A stretch of 64,000 nt of DNA, taken from assembly GCF_009914755.1 (NCBI RefSeq), contig NC_060926.1, one strand, 5' to 3'. Below are positions 31,767 to 46,256 of this stretch, piece after piece; position 1 is the stretch's first letter; each line of letters begins with the position of its first letter. The notes under the pieces were generated by a model. The model had not been told where the DNA came from. It searched no databases and saw only the letters and a list, made by a program, of their open reading frames with translations. This DNA is from the human T2T-CHM13v2.0 reference genome, Homo sapiens. Both the position numbers and the translations under genes were made by a program.

Positions 31767-31818
31767 CCAGCCTGGGTGACAGAGCAAGACTCCGTCTCAA
31801 AAAAAAAGAAAAAAAAAT
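31767..31818 (+). mobile_element. Very short 5'-truncated Alu (3' end only)
   Basis: ccagcctgggtgacagagcaagactccgtctc plus poly(A), flanked by aaaatt. Confidence 0.85.
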
Positions 31819-32944
31819 TGGTAACTAGAGCTTCATCAAATCCAAACTCTGTGCTTACATAAAGAAATTGTTTGAAAAACAAAGATGCAATCTACGGACT
31901 GGGAGAGCATGTTTATAATGAGATATATCTGTCAAAGCACTTGCTTTCAGAATATTTAAAGAACTCCTGCAAGTCAATATTAAAAAGATAACGATTTTCA
32001 AAAATAGGTAGAGGATTAGAATAGTCATCTCACAAAAAGTTATATGAATAATCAATAAGCATGTGTGAAAGTGTTCAATGACAGTGGTTAAGGATATCAA
32101 ATGAAAACCACAGTGAGACCCATTTCACCCAGACTAGAAAGGCTAAAATTTAAAAAACCCAAAACACCCAGTGTTGGTGAGAATGTGAGTCAGCACATTC
32201 TCATATGTTTTTGGGGGGAGTGTGAAATGGTATCACCTCTTTGGGATGCTCTTTGCTGTTTCTTCAAAAATTAAACACCTACCCTATGAGTCATCAATTC
32301 AACTTATAGGTGTTTACCCAATAGAATGAAAACATATATCCAAAAAAGACTAGTATAAGAATATTTGTAGCAGCTGTTTATAATAGCCAACAATTGAGAA
32401 CAACTCAAATATTAACAGGAAAATAGATAAAGACTGTTGATAAAATGGAATACTAATTAGCAATAAAAAGAATGAACTACTGATATATATATATATCTCA
32501 AAAACAAAATGTTGAGCAAAAAAGACTACATCATGATTCCACTCACGTGAAGTTCAATAAAAGGCAAAATTATCTCTGATGGTGAAAGCAGAACAGAGCC
32601 CATGAGGGTTGGGTACTGAAGGGTAGACACATGGAAAGATGGAAACATTCTGTATCTTGATTAAGGTCATACATAGGTGCATATATTTTCAAGACTCTAC
32701 CTTATTCACTTAAGGTCTGTGTATTTTATTATACATAAATTTTACCTCAGTTAGAAGAAACAAAAAAGTTTCAGGTTTTTGTTGTTTTTTTTTTTAAGGC
32801 AAAGGAACAAGCCAGTCAAGTCTGTTGCCTTTTAGAGGGATTCTCCAGAAGCGCCAATCAATAACCAAATGTGTGTGTTTGTATACATGCATACATGCAC
32901 ATATACAGTGTACATGCACACTATTTTATTCATATATGTAATAC

Positions 32945-33955
32945 TGAAGGTGAATTGAAGTGTAATTCATATACCTTGTAATTCATCCATGTAACATGTA
33001 CAATTAAGTGTTTTATAATATATTCACGGTTATGAAATCATCACCACAATCACTTTTAGAATATTTTTATCACCTCCAAAAGAAATCCATATTCATCAAG
33101 CATCATTTCCCAGTTCTCCTCAAGTCCCCAACCCAAGACACCCACTCGTCTACTTTCTGTCTCCAGAGATCTGCCTATTCTGGACATTTCATATAAATAG
33201 AATTTAAAACCATGTGGTCTTTGTATACAAGATTTTTGTGGACGTGTATTCTCAATTCTCTTGAGTATATATACCTAAGAGTAGAAGTGATGAGTCACAT
33301 GGTAACTCTTTAATTCTTTAAGTAACTGTCAGAGGGTTTTCCACAGCAGCTGTTACATTTTACACTCCTCCCAGAAGGGTATGTGGGTTCTAACTTCTCT
33401 ACACCCTTGCCAACACTTGTTATTCTCTGTCTTTTTAATTATAACCATCCTAGTGGGTGTGAAGTGGTTTCTAGTTCTGGTTTTGATTTGCATTTCCCTA
33501 ATGAATAATGACGGTCAGCATCTTTCCTTATACTTAGTGGCCATTTGTAGATATCTTCTTTGGATACTTATTTGAATTCTTGGCCTATTTTTAATTCAAT
33601 TATTTATCTTTTTGTTATTGAGTTGTAAGAATTTGTATATATTCCACATACTAGTCCCTTATCAGGTGTGTGATTTATGAATATTTATTGCCCTATTCTG
33701 TGGGTTGTCTTTTCACTTTCTTGATAATATCTATTGAAGTACTAACGTTCTTCATTTTGGGGGCATTCAGTTTAACTTTCGTTGCTTGTGCTTTTGTTGT
33801 CATATCTAAGAGGGCTTTGCCTAAGGTCATGAAGATTTACTTCTAAATTTCTTTTAAGAGTTTTATAGTTTTAGCTCATACATTCATGTGTGTGATTCAT
33901 TTTTTGTCTGTTTTGAGGAAGGGATCTAACTTTATTTTTTTGTATGTAGATAATA
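32945..33955 (-). mobile_element. L1MB-type 3' end
   Basis: gcctattctggacatttcatataaatagaa...ccatcctagtgggtgtgaagtgg...tttgcatttccctaatg. Confidence 0.88.
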
Positions 33956-34002
33956 ACTTCTTACATCTTATTAGCCAGGATATGTCATATGGCCACATTT
34001 AG

Positions 34003-34650
<648 letters not shown>

Positions 34651-35824
34651 TCTGAAGTTAATCCTACAAGATGGAAGGAATACACTGTTTCTTATGCCTC
34701 TACCCAACTCTCTGCCCCTTTATCCTCCCCTGTCCCCCCTCACACCAGTTCTCGTCTGTCTTTGTTGGCTAACATTACATAATTTTAATGGGTTTAACAA
34801 ACATACCCTTAAGTGGACATGTTTTTGGCCTCTGTACTGAAATCTCTTAGTATTCTCCCTTGCTCTTGGGTTAGAAAACCTTCTTGTTACCACTTTCTGG
34901 TAAAATTTTATGCTATGAGAGGTAGGCTGTTTCATGGCTTTCAGTCTAGGTTAAGTGCCAGAACATGTTCTTTATTTTACTATTCGAAAGGGACTTGGAA
35001 TTTATTCCACTATCTCCTGATATCCTTAGGATGAGTGGTGTGAGTAGAATGGGTCCTGGTCATGCTTTATAGAATTGGCCCTTGAGCAGACCTTCATAAA
35101 CACCTTGCTAAATCTAGGACAGCAGGAAAGACAAGAAAGGGGCAGAGTTAACCAGCTGGTCCACTGAGGGATAAAGAAAAGCATCCCTTCCCTGCCTCCT
35201 TCCACCCCAGGTCGCTCCAACCTCCTGACGATGCCTGGAAGCGGTGTGCAGATTGTTTAACAGGAAATGTGTGGGTATTTGTTATTTTGCTGATCTCTAT
35301 GGAATGTCCCTTACTGAATTTCATGGTTTGCCAAATTTGGCAGAGTTCTTCACTTCTTTGACTGTATAGCTCTGAGGTGTGAGATTGATGTTCGATGATG
35401 AAGGGAAACCTAAGTGGGTCCTGAGGTTCCATTAATACCTCTGCCTTCACTCTGCCTCTTCTTCTGTTTCCTGCTCTCCCAGATTGAGCCAGGTGTTTAC
35501 AAAAATCTGGTCAAGGGCTGATTCTATAAAGCTGACTTCCTACACTGAAAATAAAATCTGTGGTCATAGAAGGAATTTTGAACCCCAGACATCTGTTGTA
35601 GACGTATAGAATTGATCACAATGTAGGATAGGTAGAAATATTTATAATGATAGTGCTGAAATCAATATTTGGAGCTTAATATGTGACAGGCAGTTTTCCT
35701 GGTGCTTTACATGGATGTACTCATTTAATGCATAAGAATAGTAAAGTGTATTCTCATGGTACTTTTCACTGTACAAAGTGTTCTTGTATTTATTTGATTC
35801 TTATAAAAACCCTGTGAATATGAG

Positions 35825-36065
35825 ACCAGAGTAGACTAAAGAGACATGACAACTAAATGCAGTGTGGCACCTTGGGTTGGATCCTGAAATGCAGAGAGGA
35901 CATTAGTGGAGAAAATGGTGAAATCCAAAGTCTGGAGCTTAGTTAATAGTAATGTACTATATATAGTAACATAAGATGTTAACAATGGGTGAGGGGTATA
36001 TGGGAACACTCCTATATTTTTCTCTGAATCTAAAATTACTCCAAAATAAAAAAGTTTATTTTTTT
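35825..36065 (+). mobile_element. L1MC-type 3' end inserted among MIR fragments (about 35640-35820 and 36075-36230)
   Basis: gactaaagagacatgacaactaaatgca...ttggatcctg...aagatgttaaca...tctaaaattactccaaaataaaaaagtt. Confidence 0.8.
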
Positions 36066-37125
36066 TTAAAAAAAAACCCTTATGATCTAGTCAATGCAAG
36101 TCTCATTATCCTCATTCCCCAGATTTGTACTGTTTGGAAAGGCTGAGAACCTTGCTCAATAGCACAGGGGGGAGGTGGTAAAAGACCAGGACCTAAACTG
36201 GAGTCCTTGCATTCTTACCTGAGTGCTGAGTACTGAGGAGTACTGCCTTAGGAAGAATGCACTGCTTTCTGCCTACGTCATCTCCGCGCATCCTCCCCAC
36301 AGCCTTTCGAGGGTTGAGAGGTGATACTTTCATTTTACAGTTAAGAGATCATTGCCATTCATTCTCACTACTGGAAAAATAACTCAAAAATATGTTTCCT
36401 GTTGACTTCAAGTGACTATTGACTTCCATATTTGAATGGAGAATACAGTACATATTTTGGGGCCCATTTGATTAAACCAGTCCAACTGTTGAAATCTCAT
36501 TTAGGGAGTGTATAGAGATGATATGATGAATGATGGCTAATGCCCAAAGGCAGTAGTTTTGAAAAAGAATAGTAGTGTAGTGGTGTCTTCTGTGATCTCT
36601 GACACAGAAATCTGTGAATGGACAGAAAATAGAAACACAAGAATTGCCCCCATCAAATTCAGATTTGTTCTGCAAATGTGGTGATTGTGAGTCTAAAGAT
36701 GGTACGCCAGATTCCATATCCTGTAAGTGGAAAAGAGAAGTGATGTTCAATTTCTGTCAACATGGCAATTTATTTTTTAAAATAGCAGGGTGACTTAAGA
36801 GATTTATTTGGAAGCTTGCAGAACAAGGCTTACTAACAGCTTGTGGTCATCTCAGTATATCTTGGTCTTTGGATTTAGATTCTTTTGCCAGTTGTGGCCT
36901 GACCTGACTATGCAGGATGACATGTGTTCTAACACTTTTCCAACGCTCTATTCTCTAGATTCTCTTTGATTTGTGGTCAGTGTCCTACACAGGGTTGTTT
37001 CAGCCTCTTCTCTCATAAAAGAGAGAGTGCTATTGCTGTCAGTCTGTGGATCTGTTTTCCAGCAATTGATTGTTCAGGCTGATGTTCTGTGTATCCGAGT
37101 TCAGTTCTGCATATCCTTAAAAAAA

Positions 37126-37414
37126 TTTTTTTTCTTTGAGACAAAGTCTTGTCCTGTCACCCAGGCTGGAGTGCAATGGGTGATCTCGGCTCACTGCAAC
37201 CTCTGCCTCCCGGGTTCGAGCAATTCTCCTGCTTCAGCCTCCTGGGTAGCTGGGATTACAGGCACACACCACCATACCTGGCTAATTTTCATATCTTTAG
37301 CAGAGACGGGGTTTCACCGTGTTGGTCAGGCTGGTCTTGAACTCGACCTTGTGATCCGCCCGCCTTGACCTCCCAAAGTGCTGAGATTACAGGCGTGAGC
37401 CACCACACCCGGCC
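37126..37414 (-). mobile_element. AluS
   Basis: Full dimer, TSD about aaaaaaatt. Confidence 0.94.
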
Positions 37415-37444
37415 AAAAAAAATTGTTTTAATGTAGGTACAATT

Positions 37445-38445
37445 TCTAGCAGCTAACATTTATTGAGGAAAACCATGCGCCTAGCATGTACTTTACATGG
37501 GAGTTTGGTCCTTGTAACTGTGTTAAGTGGATACTGGTTTTATTTTACATATAAAGAACACACTTAATTGAGAGACCTGGAAGACCACACAGCTCATACA
37601 TGATAGAGCTGAAATTTAGCTCCAGGGTTTTCAGACTCCAAGGCAACTAGGCTACAGTTTAGCTTGCCACAGAACCACTCACTTGTTATTAGACAATAAC
37701 AAGTGTTGGCAAGGGTGTAGAGAAGTTAGAACCCACAAACCCTTCTGAGGGGAATGTAAAATGAAACAGCTGTTGTGGAAAACCCTCTGACAGTTACTCA
37801 GAGAATCCTGGCTACATATTAGACTCACCTTGGAAGCTGGGAAGCTTCTAAGAAGCACCCATGCCTGAGCCCCACCCTATACCAGTTAAATTAGATTTAA
37901 GTCAGAATGTTAGACTTGAAGAGACTAGATCATTCCATCTGTCCCTTTTACTTCCACATTTTGACATTTTATCAATAGATAAGCTGACGCCCCAAGTCAC
38001 ACAGTCATTCAGTATCAGAAGCCAGCCTAGAATGCAGGTGTCTTGATTGTGATCTTAAAGTTGCTTCCATACTCAGATCAACTACTACTAAATATGTTAG
38101 AACATTTACTGTATACAAAGGCCTAGGCATATGTCTAGTAATAGGTGTTTATTTATATGTAATATTATCGAAATGTGCAGGCATGTACATCTATGTGATT
38201 TTGAGAATTTATATTCCTATGTCATGATTGAATTCATAGGCTTTGCAGCCAGATTGCCTCGTTTGAATTTTGGCTTCACTGCTTCTCAGCTATATAACCA
38301 AGTTACTTAACCTCTCTGTTCCTTACTTTCTTAGTGACACACTGGAATAACAGTATTTCTCCTATGGACTAAATGAGTTAATGTATGTAAAGTGATGAGC
38401 CAGTGTTGAGACACAGGAAATGCTCCATAGGTGTCAGCTATTGTA
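37445..38445. mobile_element. Cluster of short old fragments: MIR (about 37445-37630, 37900-38050, 38230-38445), L1 (about 37690-37800), MER5-like (about 37800-37890)
   Basis: MIR cores (agctaacatttattgag; aagttacttaacctctctgt), L1 motif acaataacaagtgttggcaagggtgtagagaa. Confidence 0.6.
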
Positions 38446-40222
38446 ATGTGTGAGTCAGATTGTACTCAGCTTACAACTTCTGAAACTCCACAGTTATTAC
38501 ATTCATTCATTGCAAAAGAATTATAATAAACTATGTGGTCTGCCTCATCTGTCTCAAATTTTATATACCTTTCTATAGGCTCTTAACAGGGTCTATACTC
38601 TCATGCTTCATAGCCCATGATTTTTTATCTCCTGGAAAACATGTTGATGTTCTAATTTATTTTCTTCATCTCTGGGCTCACTGTTGGACCACTACATCTC
38701 AGCTCAGTTCAGCAATGACCTTCTGTGTATTTTGTTAATAAATGTCTCAGGCTGCCAGAATGTTGCTCTGATGTAGATTGGTATATTGCATCAGTCATCA
38801 CCAGGTTTATATTTGTTTACATGCAGAACGATTCTTGTCTCTTGAAGGTCATATTTAGCTGATAAGCAGTATTCAGAAAATCTCGGATTATTTTGTCTGG
38901 GACTTTTAGTGATGATTATAGGCTGTTACATGGGAAGAGTTCTACCTGGAGAACTCAGAATACAGATTGAAGCCTGTTGTCTCTGATCTCCCCTAGGTTC
39001 TAAGCTTTGTTGCATGAAATGTATTTGTTACACAAACACTGCTTCAGTCAACAGGCATGGAAGAATGGACCAGTTACAGTGTTGTTAATTACCACTTATC
39101 GAATGCTCTTAAAGGAGCCCTTTTAAAAAAACCTTTCTGCTCAAAGATAGTAAGGTGTTAAGTAGAGTGACAGTCAGATTAAGGACACCCCGCTGAATCT
39201 TCAAGCAAAGAGAAAAACTAGAATTTGGGGTGAGACGGTATTTAGAAATAAGGAGATAAAAATCTGAGCTGAAATAGATACAGCAAGCAAGATCAAGACT
39301 TGCACCACAAGTTACGTAGGTCAACTCTAGTAATTTGACATAGTAGAAGTAGAATAGGCTATTTTGAAAAATAGTTTCCTACTTTAGGAGATTTGAGGCT
39401 CCCAAGAATATAGTGAAGGCACACTCTAGGGAATGCTGGTAGCTGCCCAAACAGGTCCCTGTTGAAGTGGCTTCTGATTTATGCATTTGGAAATTTAATC
39501 TTAAGAGTTCAGAGTTGAATGGACTCTCAGGGATGCTAAATCACATATAATTTGATTGAGACTAAATAATTAAACCATATTGCTAATCTCTAAGTTTTCT
39601 ATTTTTAGATAAGGTGTATGGGAAACAAACTTATAAAAGATTGCTTTATGAATGTGAATTCAGAGCAAGAGCAGTTAGTAATAGGATTTGAATATGTTCT
39701 GATACCACATTCAGCTGATAATCGATTTACCTACCCTTCAACAGGAGGCCCACCTTACTGGAGAAGTTGTTACGCCTCCCATTTTCACCCCTCCCCTGTT
39801 AGGGCTTATCATCTCTTTAACTTTTCTCTAAGTCTTTGTAACTGACTGTCCGTGACTACCTCTGAATACTCACACAATTTTATTAAATATGTTAAAACTT
39901 TCTATCAAGTTATTCTCCATCCTCATGGCCTGAAAGGGTCTTTCACTTTAGGATGACTTGACATGTCTCTGCTGACACCCATTTAGTAGGTTGATCATTT
40001 CCAAATTTCCAACAATGCATCACTGTTTCCCTGGTGTTCATCTGTCACTGGAAGTGTTCAGTCAGTAGGATGCCTGTTTCTTAGAATATTACTAAGAGGG
40101 TTACTTCATTAGACAACTGGAGCAGATGACCTTTAAGTTCTAACTTATGGGAAAGTAGTGATTCTTTTACCTCTGTAGGCCTTGCTGATCCTGGAAGATT
40201 TCTTTGAAGTAAACCTAAGAAT

Positions 40223-40536
40223 TAGTCATTTCACGGTATCTGCAGAAGATTTGTCCTAGGATTTCCTAGATACCAAAATCTGTGGATGCCTAAGTCCTTT
40301 GTATAAAATGATGTAGTATTTGCACAGAACCTACATGTATCCTCCTGTATAAATCATCTCTAATTACTCATACTACATATTACAATGTAAATGCTCTGTA
40401 AGTAATTCTTATCACATATTTTTACTTGTATTATTTTTTATTGTTGTATTGTTATTTTTAAATTTTTTCCAATATTTTAGGTCTGTAGTCGGTTGAATCC
40501 ACGGATATGGAGCCCGCAGATACAGAGAGTCGACTG
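40223..40536. mobile_element. MER2 (Tigger-derived) DNA transposon
   Basis: gataccaaaatctgtggatgc.taagtcc.t.tataaaatg.tgtagtatttgca...ggttgaatccacggat.tggagcccgcagatacagagagtcgactg. Confidence 0.88.
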
Positions 40537-40725
40537 TTTGTTTTCTTGCTTTTTAGGAGTCACTCCCACCGAAATTTGACATAAATATCAGCTTGGCATA
40601 TGTTAGCAGTCACACTGCTGTGTGTTAGCAATTCCATTACCTGCCTGTTACCCTATCACTACACCACATTCTAGCCAAACTAAAGTGCTGCCGTTTCTCA
40701 GGCATGCACCCCGTCCCAGCTATGA

Positions 40726-41055
<330 letters not shown>

Positions 41056-41763
41056 TAGTTGACACTGTCCATTACCTCCCAACTTCCCTAATTTTAATAC
41101 AGATCCTTCACGTGTTTTGTACTTCTGATGGTTGTTATGTGGCATCTTGTTAATAGGTACTTTTATTTTTCCCATAATAGTGGGTAAGCCCTTGATAGCA
41201 GGAGTTTATTTCTTTTTATTTGACTTCCAGCACTCTGATGCACTCTGCCATCCTTGTTTTAATTCGTATCAATATATAAAATAATGTAGATACTAAGGAC
41301 AATATCAGAATGTTAAGGAGAGGCATGGTTACATTTAATGTTAAAACTCAGACTATAACCTATATAGGATACTTGAAAGAAAAGATCAGAATTCCAAGTT
41401 ACTTAGGGAAACTTTAGCATTACTATAGAAATCCAACCAAATATAATGGGATTAGGGTGCCAATAGAAAGTGAGGAAATGGAACGTGGTGTAAAGTATTA
41501 TTTCAAGAAGTTTTGGTGTTCAGGAAAGTAGTTTGAGAAGGAGGGAAGGGTCAAGAAAAGTTATTTTTTGGAGAGATGAAAAACATTTTCTTAGGCCTAG
41601 AGGATGGAACTAGAAAGAGATGGAATATTTCAGAAAGAATATTGATGGAGAGCGATATCCTGAGAGAAGAGGGGGAGGTAAAATCTGGGGAAGGGGAGGG
41701 GTACATTTTTCTCTGAGACAGAAAGAAAGGCGTAGGTGTAAGGTGGGAGTGCTGAGTTCTACC

Positions 41764-41818
41764 AGTTTCCCTAATGTGAGAGTATTCATAGTTTCCCTAA
41801 TGTGAGAGTATTCATAGT
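41764..41818. repeat. Perfect 26-bp tandem duplication
   Basis: agtttccctaatgtgagagtattcat twice (41764-41789, 41790-41815) plus agt. Confidence 0.97.
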
Positions 41819-41899
41819 AATCTATTGAGGATGAAAAAGCAAGAGTACTAGAAGACATGAGAAGAGCTGAGGTGTGTTGTAGCTTACTCATGAAAATTA

Positions 41900-42062
41900 T
41901 CTTGTATATTTCTTGATATTATTGTCCGTCTTTTCCAGCTAGATAGTAGGCTCCATGAGGAAAAAGGTTTTGCTGTCTTGTTCACCACTGTCCTTAGCGC
42001 CAAAAAATAGTGCCTGGCACATCATATATACTTCATAAATATTTGTTGGGTGAATGTTGAAT
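41900..42062 (+). mobile_element. L2 3' end
   Basis: ctagatagtaggctccatgagg...tagtgcctggcacat...ataaatatttgttgggtgaatg. Confidence 0.75.
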
Positions 42063-42439
42063 GGAGAGTGAAAGAGGAAACTAACTGGAGATACTCAAAA
42101 TGATTGCTTTCATCCTTTAGCTTTCAATAAATGTACAGATCATAACTACACCATGTTAACTGTTTCAGTACAGATCTGTCAGAAAAGCTTATCTGAAAGT
42201 ACTGAGGGGCATAGAAAGGTAATTATTGGATTTTTTTCCATACTTAGAGATTGGTAGCATGGGGACTGGAACTTTAGGGTTTTGGCAAGTATGTTTTGGG
42301 ATTATTTGACCAAGGAGTGCAAAATGTTGTTGTGGTACCCTAGCGACTCTTCCATTAAACGGAACCTTGATCTCTGATAGCTTGATAGATATGGCATTAA
42401 TTATTAGCTGCTTACACAGTAATATTCTCCTCATCTTCC

Positions 42440-42870
42440 TTAGGATTCCTGTATTGTTAGATGTGCCACTATACCCAGCTTAAAACTACATTTCCCAGCC
42501 CTTCCTGAAAATAGAACTCATTTATGAGATATAGGCAGAACTTTCTAGATGAGATTGCTGAGAAAGCTCTCTAAAAGAAGCTGACCTAAGAGGACACCCT
42601 GGTGTACTTTCCTTCTTGCTGCCTGGAATGTAAATTTAACGGTTTGGAACTTCAGGGGTTACACTGGGACCACCACACAACCTCGAGGATGTAAGCCAGT
42701 GCTAAGGATGGTAGAATAATGAATTGTTGAGCTGCCATATTGGGATTCTTTCAGCCTTCGTGTTTTGAGACATTTTATTATTTCAAGACTGATTTGTTAT
42801 AAAACTCTATCTTGTTTAAAGCACTGTTATTTTGGATCTCTGTTTCTTTTAGTAGAACCCCATTTATTAG
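42440..42870. mobile_element. Old solo LTR (MLT1/LTR16-like)
   Basis: actacatttcccagcc...ttgctgcctggaatg...ctaaggatggtagaa...tatcttgtttaaagcactgttattttgg. Confidence 0.6.
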
Positions 42871-42999
42871 AAAGGAATTGAGGGACTAGAAGCCTCAACC
42901 TGGTCAACCGAAGAGCTGATTTCATGGGAGTAAGCATAAGAGATTGAGGTCAGAGAAGGGTTTCTAAGTGAGGTGGCTGGGTAATGAAAGGGTCTAAGA

Positions 43000-43310
43000 C
43001 AGCAGTCCCCAACCTTTTTGGCATCAGGGACTGGTTTTGTGGAAGACAGTTTTTCCACAGATAGGGCGGTGGTGGGGGATGGTTTCAGGATAAAACTGTT
43101 TCACCTCAGATCATCAGGCATTAGATTCTCATAAAGACCGTGCAACCTAGATCCCTTGAATGTGCAGTTTACAATAGGGTTTGTGCTCCTCTGAGAATCT
43201 AATGCTGCCTCTGATCTGACAGGAGGCGGAGCTCAGGCGGGAATGCTCGCTCGCCAGCTGCTCACCTCCTGCTGTGCGACCTGGTTCCTAACAGACCACT
43301 GTTGGTACCA
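43000..43310 (+). mobile_element. MER1B (hAT-Charlie), missing its last few bases
   Basis: cagcagtccccaacctttttggcatcagggactggttttgtggaagac...cacctcagatcatcaggcattagattctcataa...ggttcctaacag. Confidence 0.92.
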
Positions 43311-43542
43311 TTACCTAAGAGATGGTCATAAGGAGCTAAAGTAGAATGCTGGTGAAAGTTCCTGGCGTAGACAAAGTCAAGGAAATAGTATTTGTATGTA
43401 CAGATGGGAAACCAAGAGGTAACCCTTTGATTAGGCCAGTGTTTCTTTGAGTTTTGGTTTCAGGGGCCATCAAGGATCTGTGAATCTATGGACCCCTGGA
43501 ATCTTCTTTTAAAGACTGCAATTTGAGATACACTATAAAATA

Positions 43543-43622
43543 CAGTCAACCCTTGAACAATGCAGGGGTTAGGGGCACCAACCCCTGTGCAGGTGAAAAT
43601 ATGGGTGTCCCTTTTGACTCCT
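43543..43622. mobile_element. Tigger2-family terminal fragment
   Basis: ta-cagtcaacccttgaacaatgcaggggttaggggcacc.acccc. Confidence 0.75.
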
Positions 43623-44544
43623 TTGTTAGCGAAAGGAAAGATGGTGGCTGGAGTGATGGTTATTAAGTATGAGACAGTTCATTCAAATGGAGGCGATCTG
43701 TTCATCAAGCCATTAGGGGAGAAGTGATCTTTTGCCTTTAAGAGTGGAGTTGCCTTAAAGTGGGATTGTAGTTGAGGACTAGAAAGAAAAAGACTGAAAG
43801 ACTTCAAATCCCTTCCATTCTTAATATTCTATGATTCCAGATTATCTTTACTATGTATTAGTTAGGGTTTGGTACCTTTTTTTTTTTTTTTGCAATTAAT
43901 AAAACTAAAACTATCTGCCAGCTATCACCCATATGCCTTTAGTTACTGTTTGTGCTGACAGAACCCCAAAACAGTAAAATCATTAATGTAGCTGAAGAAT
44001 CCAAGTGTTCAAGACACTGTCTAATTGGAGTCTAAAAGATGTTAAAGGACTTTCAGACTCTTTTAAAATTAAATTTGCTAAATTCTTTTAAATGATTTTG
44101 TAGATTTCCATAATAAATATGGCAAACATTTCTCTTATGGGATGTAAATAATCAAACTCTGTTTCACTGGAGAGTAATATTATAAAGCACTTAGCTAATC
44201 AGATTGTGAGAGTTGCTCAAAATTTCTAACCATGTAATTTTTGCATAGAGAGAGTGCCTCCTGCTGTGCAATTAACTGGTTTTATTAGCTATAAAATTGG
44301 TTGATGCTGGTTGGCCTGATGGCCTAGTGCCTGTAGGGAGTTAGATCTTGGTTCTTGACCTGATTCTGCACAGTTGAGTGTCAGGAAGACTTGGAAATCT
44401 TATAGTGGGGACAGCAGCTCAGGCCCTAAGAGGAAGCTGATGAGTTGTTTCTCACGCTTCTGTGACTAAAGGGAGCTTTGGAACTTTCTAGACCAGTTAA
44501 TTTTTCCTTGTTCGTTTTATTCTGTATTCAAATTAGGTTTGTGA

Positions 44545-45510
44545 AGTGGAGTGGTATGGTTTACTGATGATAAGCAGGGCTTTGAGATCATACTACTTGT
44601 ACTAAAAACCTGGCTTTGCCATTTCTTGTACCCTCGGGCAAGTTTTAAAGTTTCTCCTTGCCTAGGTTTCTTCCCCTGTGAAAGGGTGATTAATAGTAAG
44701 CCCTAACTCATGTTTGCTGTGAGAATGTAAGGGTTCAATCTACAGGAAGTTTTTGGCCTAGCTCACAGTAGGTACTCAATACATGTTAGCTAGTATTATA
44801 GAGTCTGCAAGTTGAAATCTCTTTGAGCAGGGGAAAGCTTTAATAAAAAATGTTTAGAAGGACCTATGATTTTACTGGACTTTTTTTAAAGGGAGAAAGG
44901 GGGAGGAGAATATATAAAAAGAGGCAGAGGCAGGTGACCTGGCATCAGACTTTATTACATTTACTAGGCAAGTAAGCTTGAGAAAATCAAATCAAAGACC
45001 CAATTTTCTCAACACTTAAATACAATACAATATCTCATTTTTGAGAGTCAAGTAAGATAAATGCTTTGGAAATGTCAAAGTGCTATATTTAGGTAAAAAC
45101 ATAAGTAAACAAGGACAGTCGAATATAATAACTACATGAGGCTAATTAAAACAAGCAAAATATGTAAATGGAATCCATTGATGGAAGACATAGGAATTTA
45201 CTCATAAGCTTGACTTGCTTCTGAATGATCATTGATTATAAAGGAAGGAGAAAGATGTCAGAGAAAGGACTTAGCATTGGTGGAGCAACCTGGCATTTGC
45301 TGGGCACTGGAGTAGGATTACTGTCTGCCTTTTACAGATGAGAAAACTGAGTCTCAGGTTAAATAACTTCCTCAAAGTCACCTCACTGGTAAGTGGCAGA
45401 GCCAACGTTGTAATGAAGCCTATGTGACTCCAGAGGCTGTCCTAATACAACATGGTTAATTACCTCCAATCCATTTGTCACATATTTATTGAGCACCTAC
45501 TCTGTGTGCT
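44545..45510. mobile_element. MIR fragments (about 44545-44800, 44930-45090, 45320-45440) and an L2 tail (about 45470-45510)
   Basis: ttttacagatgagaaaactgag...aaataacttcctcaaagtcac; cacagtaggtactcaatacatgttagct. Confidence 0.65.
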
Positions 45511-45900
45511 GTTAATAATACATTAATTTTTTCACAAAAATGGATAGAAATGTAAAGCATGAAGGGATCTGAATGACAATTTTGTGCAATCAAGTCATTT
45601 TGTAGGAAGGAAAAAAGGCCCAGAGTGACCAGGTCGCTTTAGGGCCATCCATTTTGGAACAGAATTAAATTTTTACTCACCTAGTCCAATGTTTGATTAA
45701 GTTATATTGCTATTCAATTTCGTAGATGCCTAATCCTTCATTAGTTCCAATTTGAAGCCTTGTTTGGGGATTTTCTTTGGGGATAATTTCCGTATGATTG
45801 CTTCGACCAAGTTGCATAAGTTGTTTGACAGAAAGCCGACTGAATTCTTGTCTGTGTTTTTGTCACCCAAACTGAGTACGGGTTGTTTCAATGTATTTTA

Positions 45901-46256
45901 CTCTTTCTTTCTTTCCTTTCTTTCTTTCCTTTCCTTCCTTTCCTTTTCTTTTCTTTCCTTCCTTCCTTCTTTTTTTTTTTTCCTGGATCTTTGTTGCCCA
46001 GGCTGGAGTGCAGTGGCACGGTCTCAGCTCACTGCAGCCTGGACCTCCTAGGTGCAAGTGATCCTCCCACCTCAGTCTCCTGAGTAGCTGGGACTACAGG
46101 CACATGCCACTACGCCTGGCTAATTTCTGCATTTTTTGTAGAGATAGGGTCTCACTATGTTGCCCAGACTGGTCTTGAACTCCTGAGCTCAAGTTATCTG
46201 CCTGCCTTGGCCTCCCAAAGTGCTGGGACTGCAGAGGTGAGCCACCACACCTGGCC
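45901..46256 (-). mobile_element. AluJ with (CTTT/CCTT)n pyrimidine tail
   Basis: actgcagcctggacctcc...gatcctcccacctcag. Tail 45901-45983 is pure C/T. Confidence 0.93.

Noticed and set aside
41670-41702. G-quadruplex candidates (also about 11000-11035)
   Set aside because: Short G-rich patches in decayed sequence with irregular loops and no supporting context.
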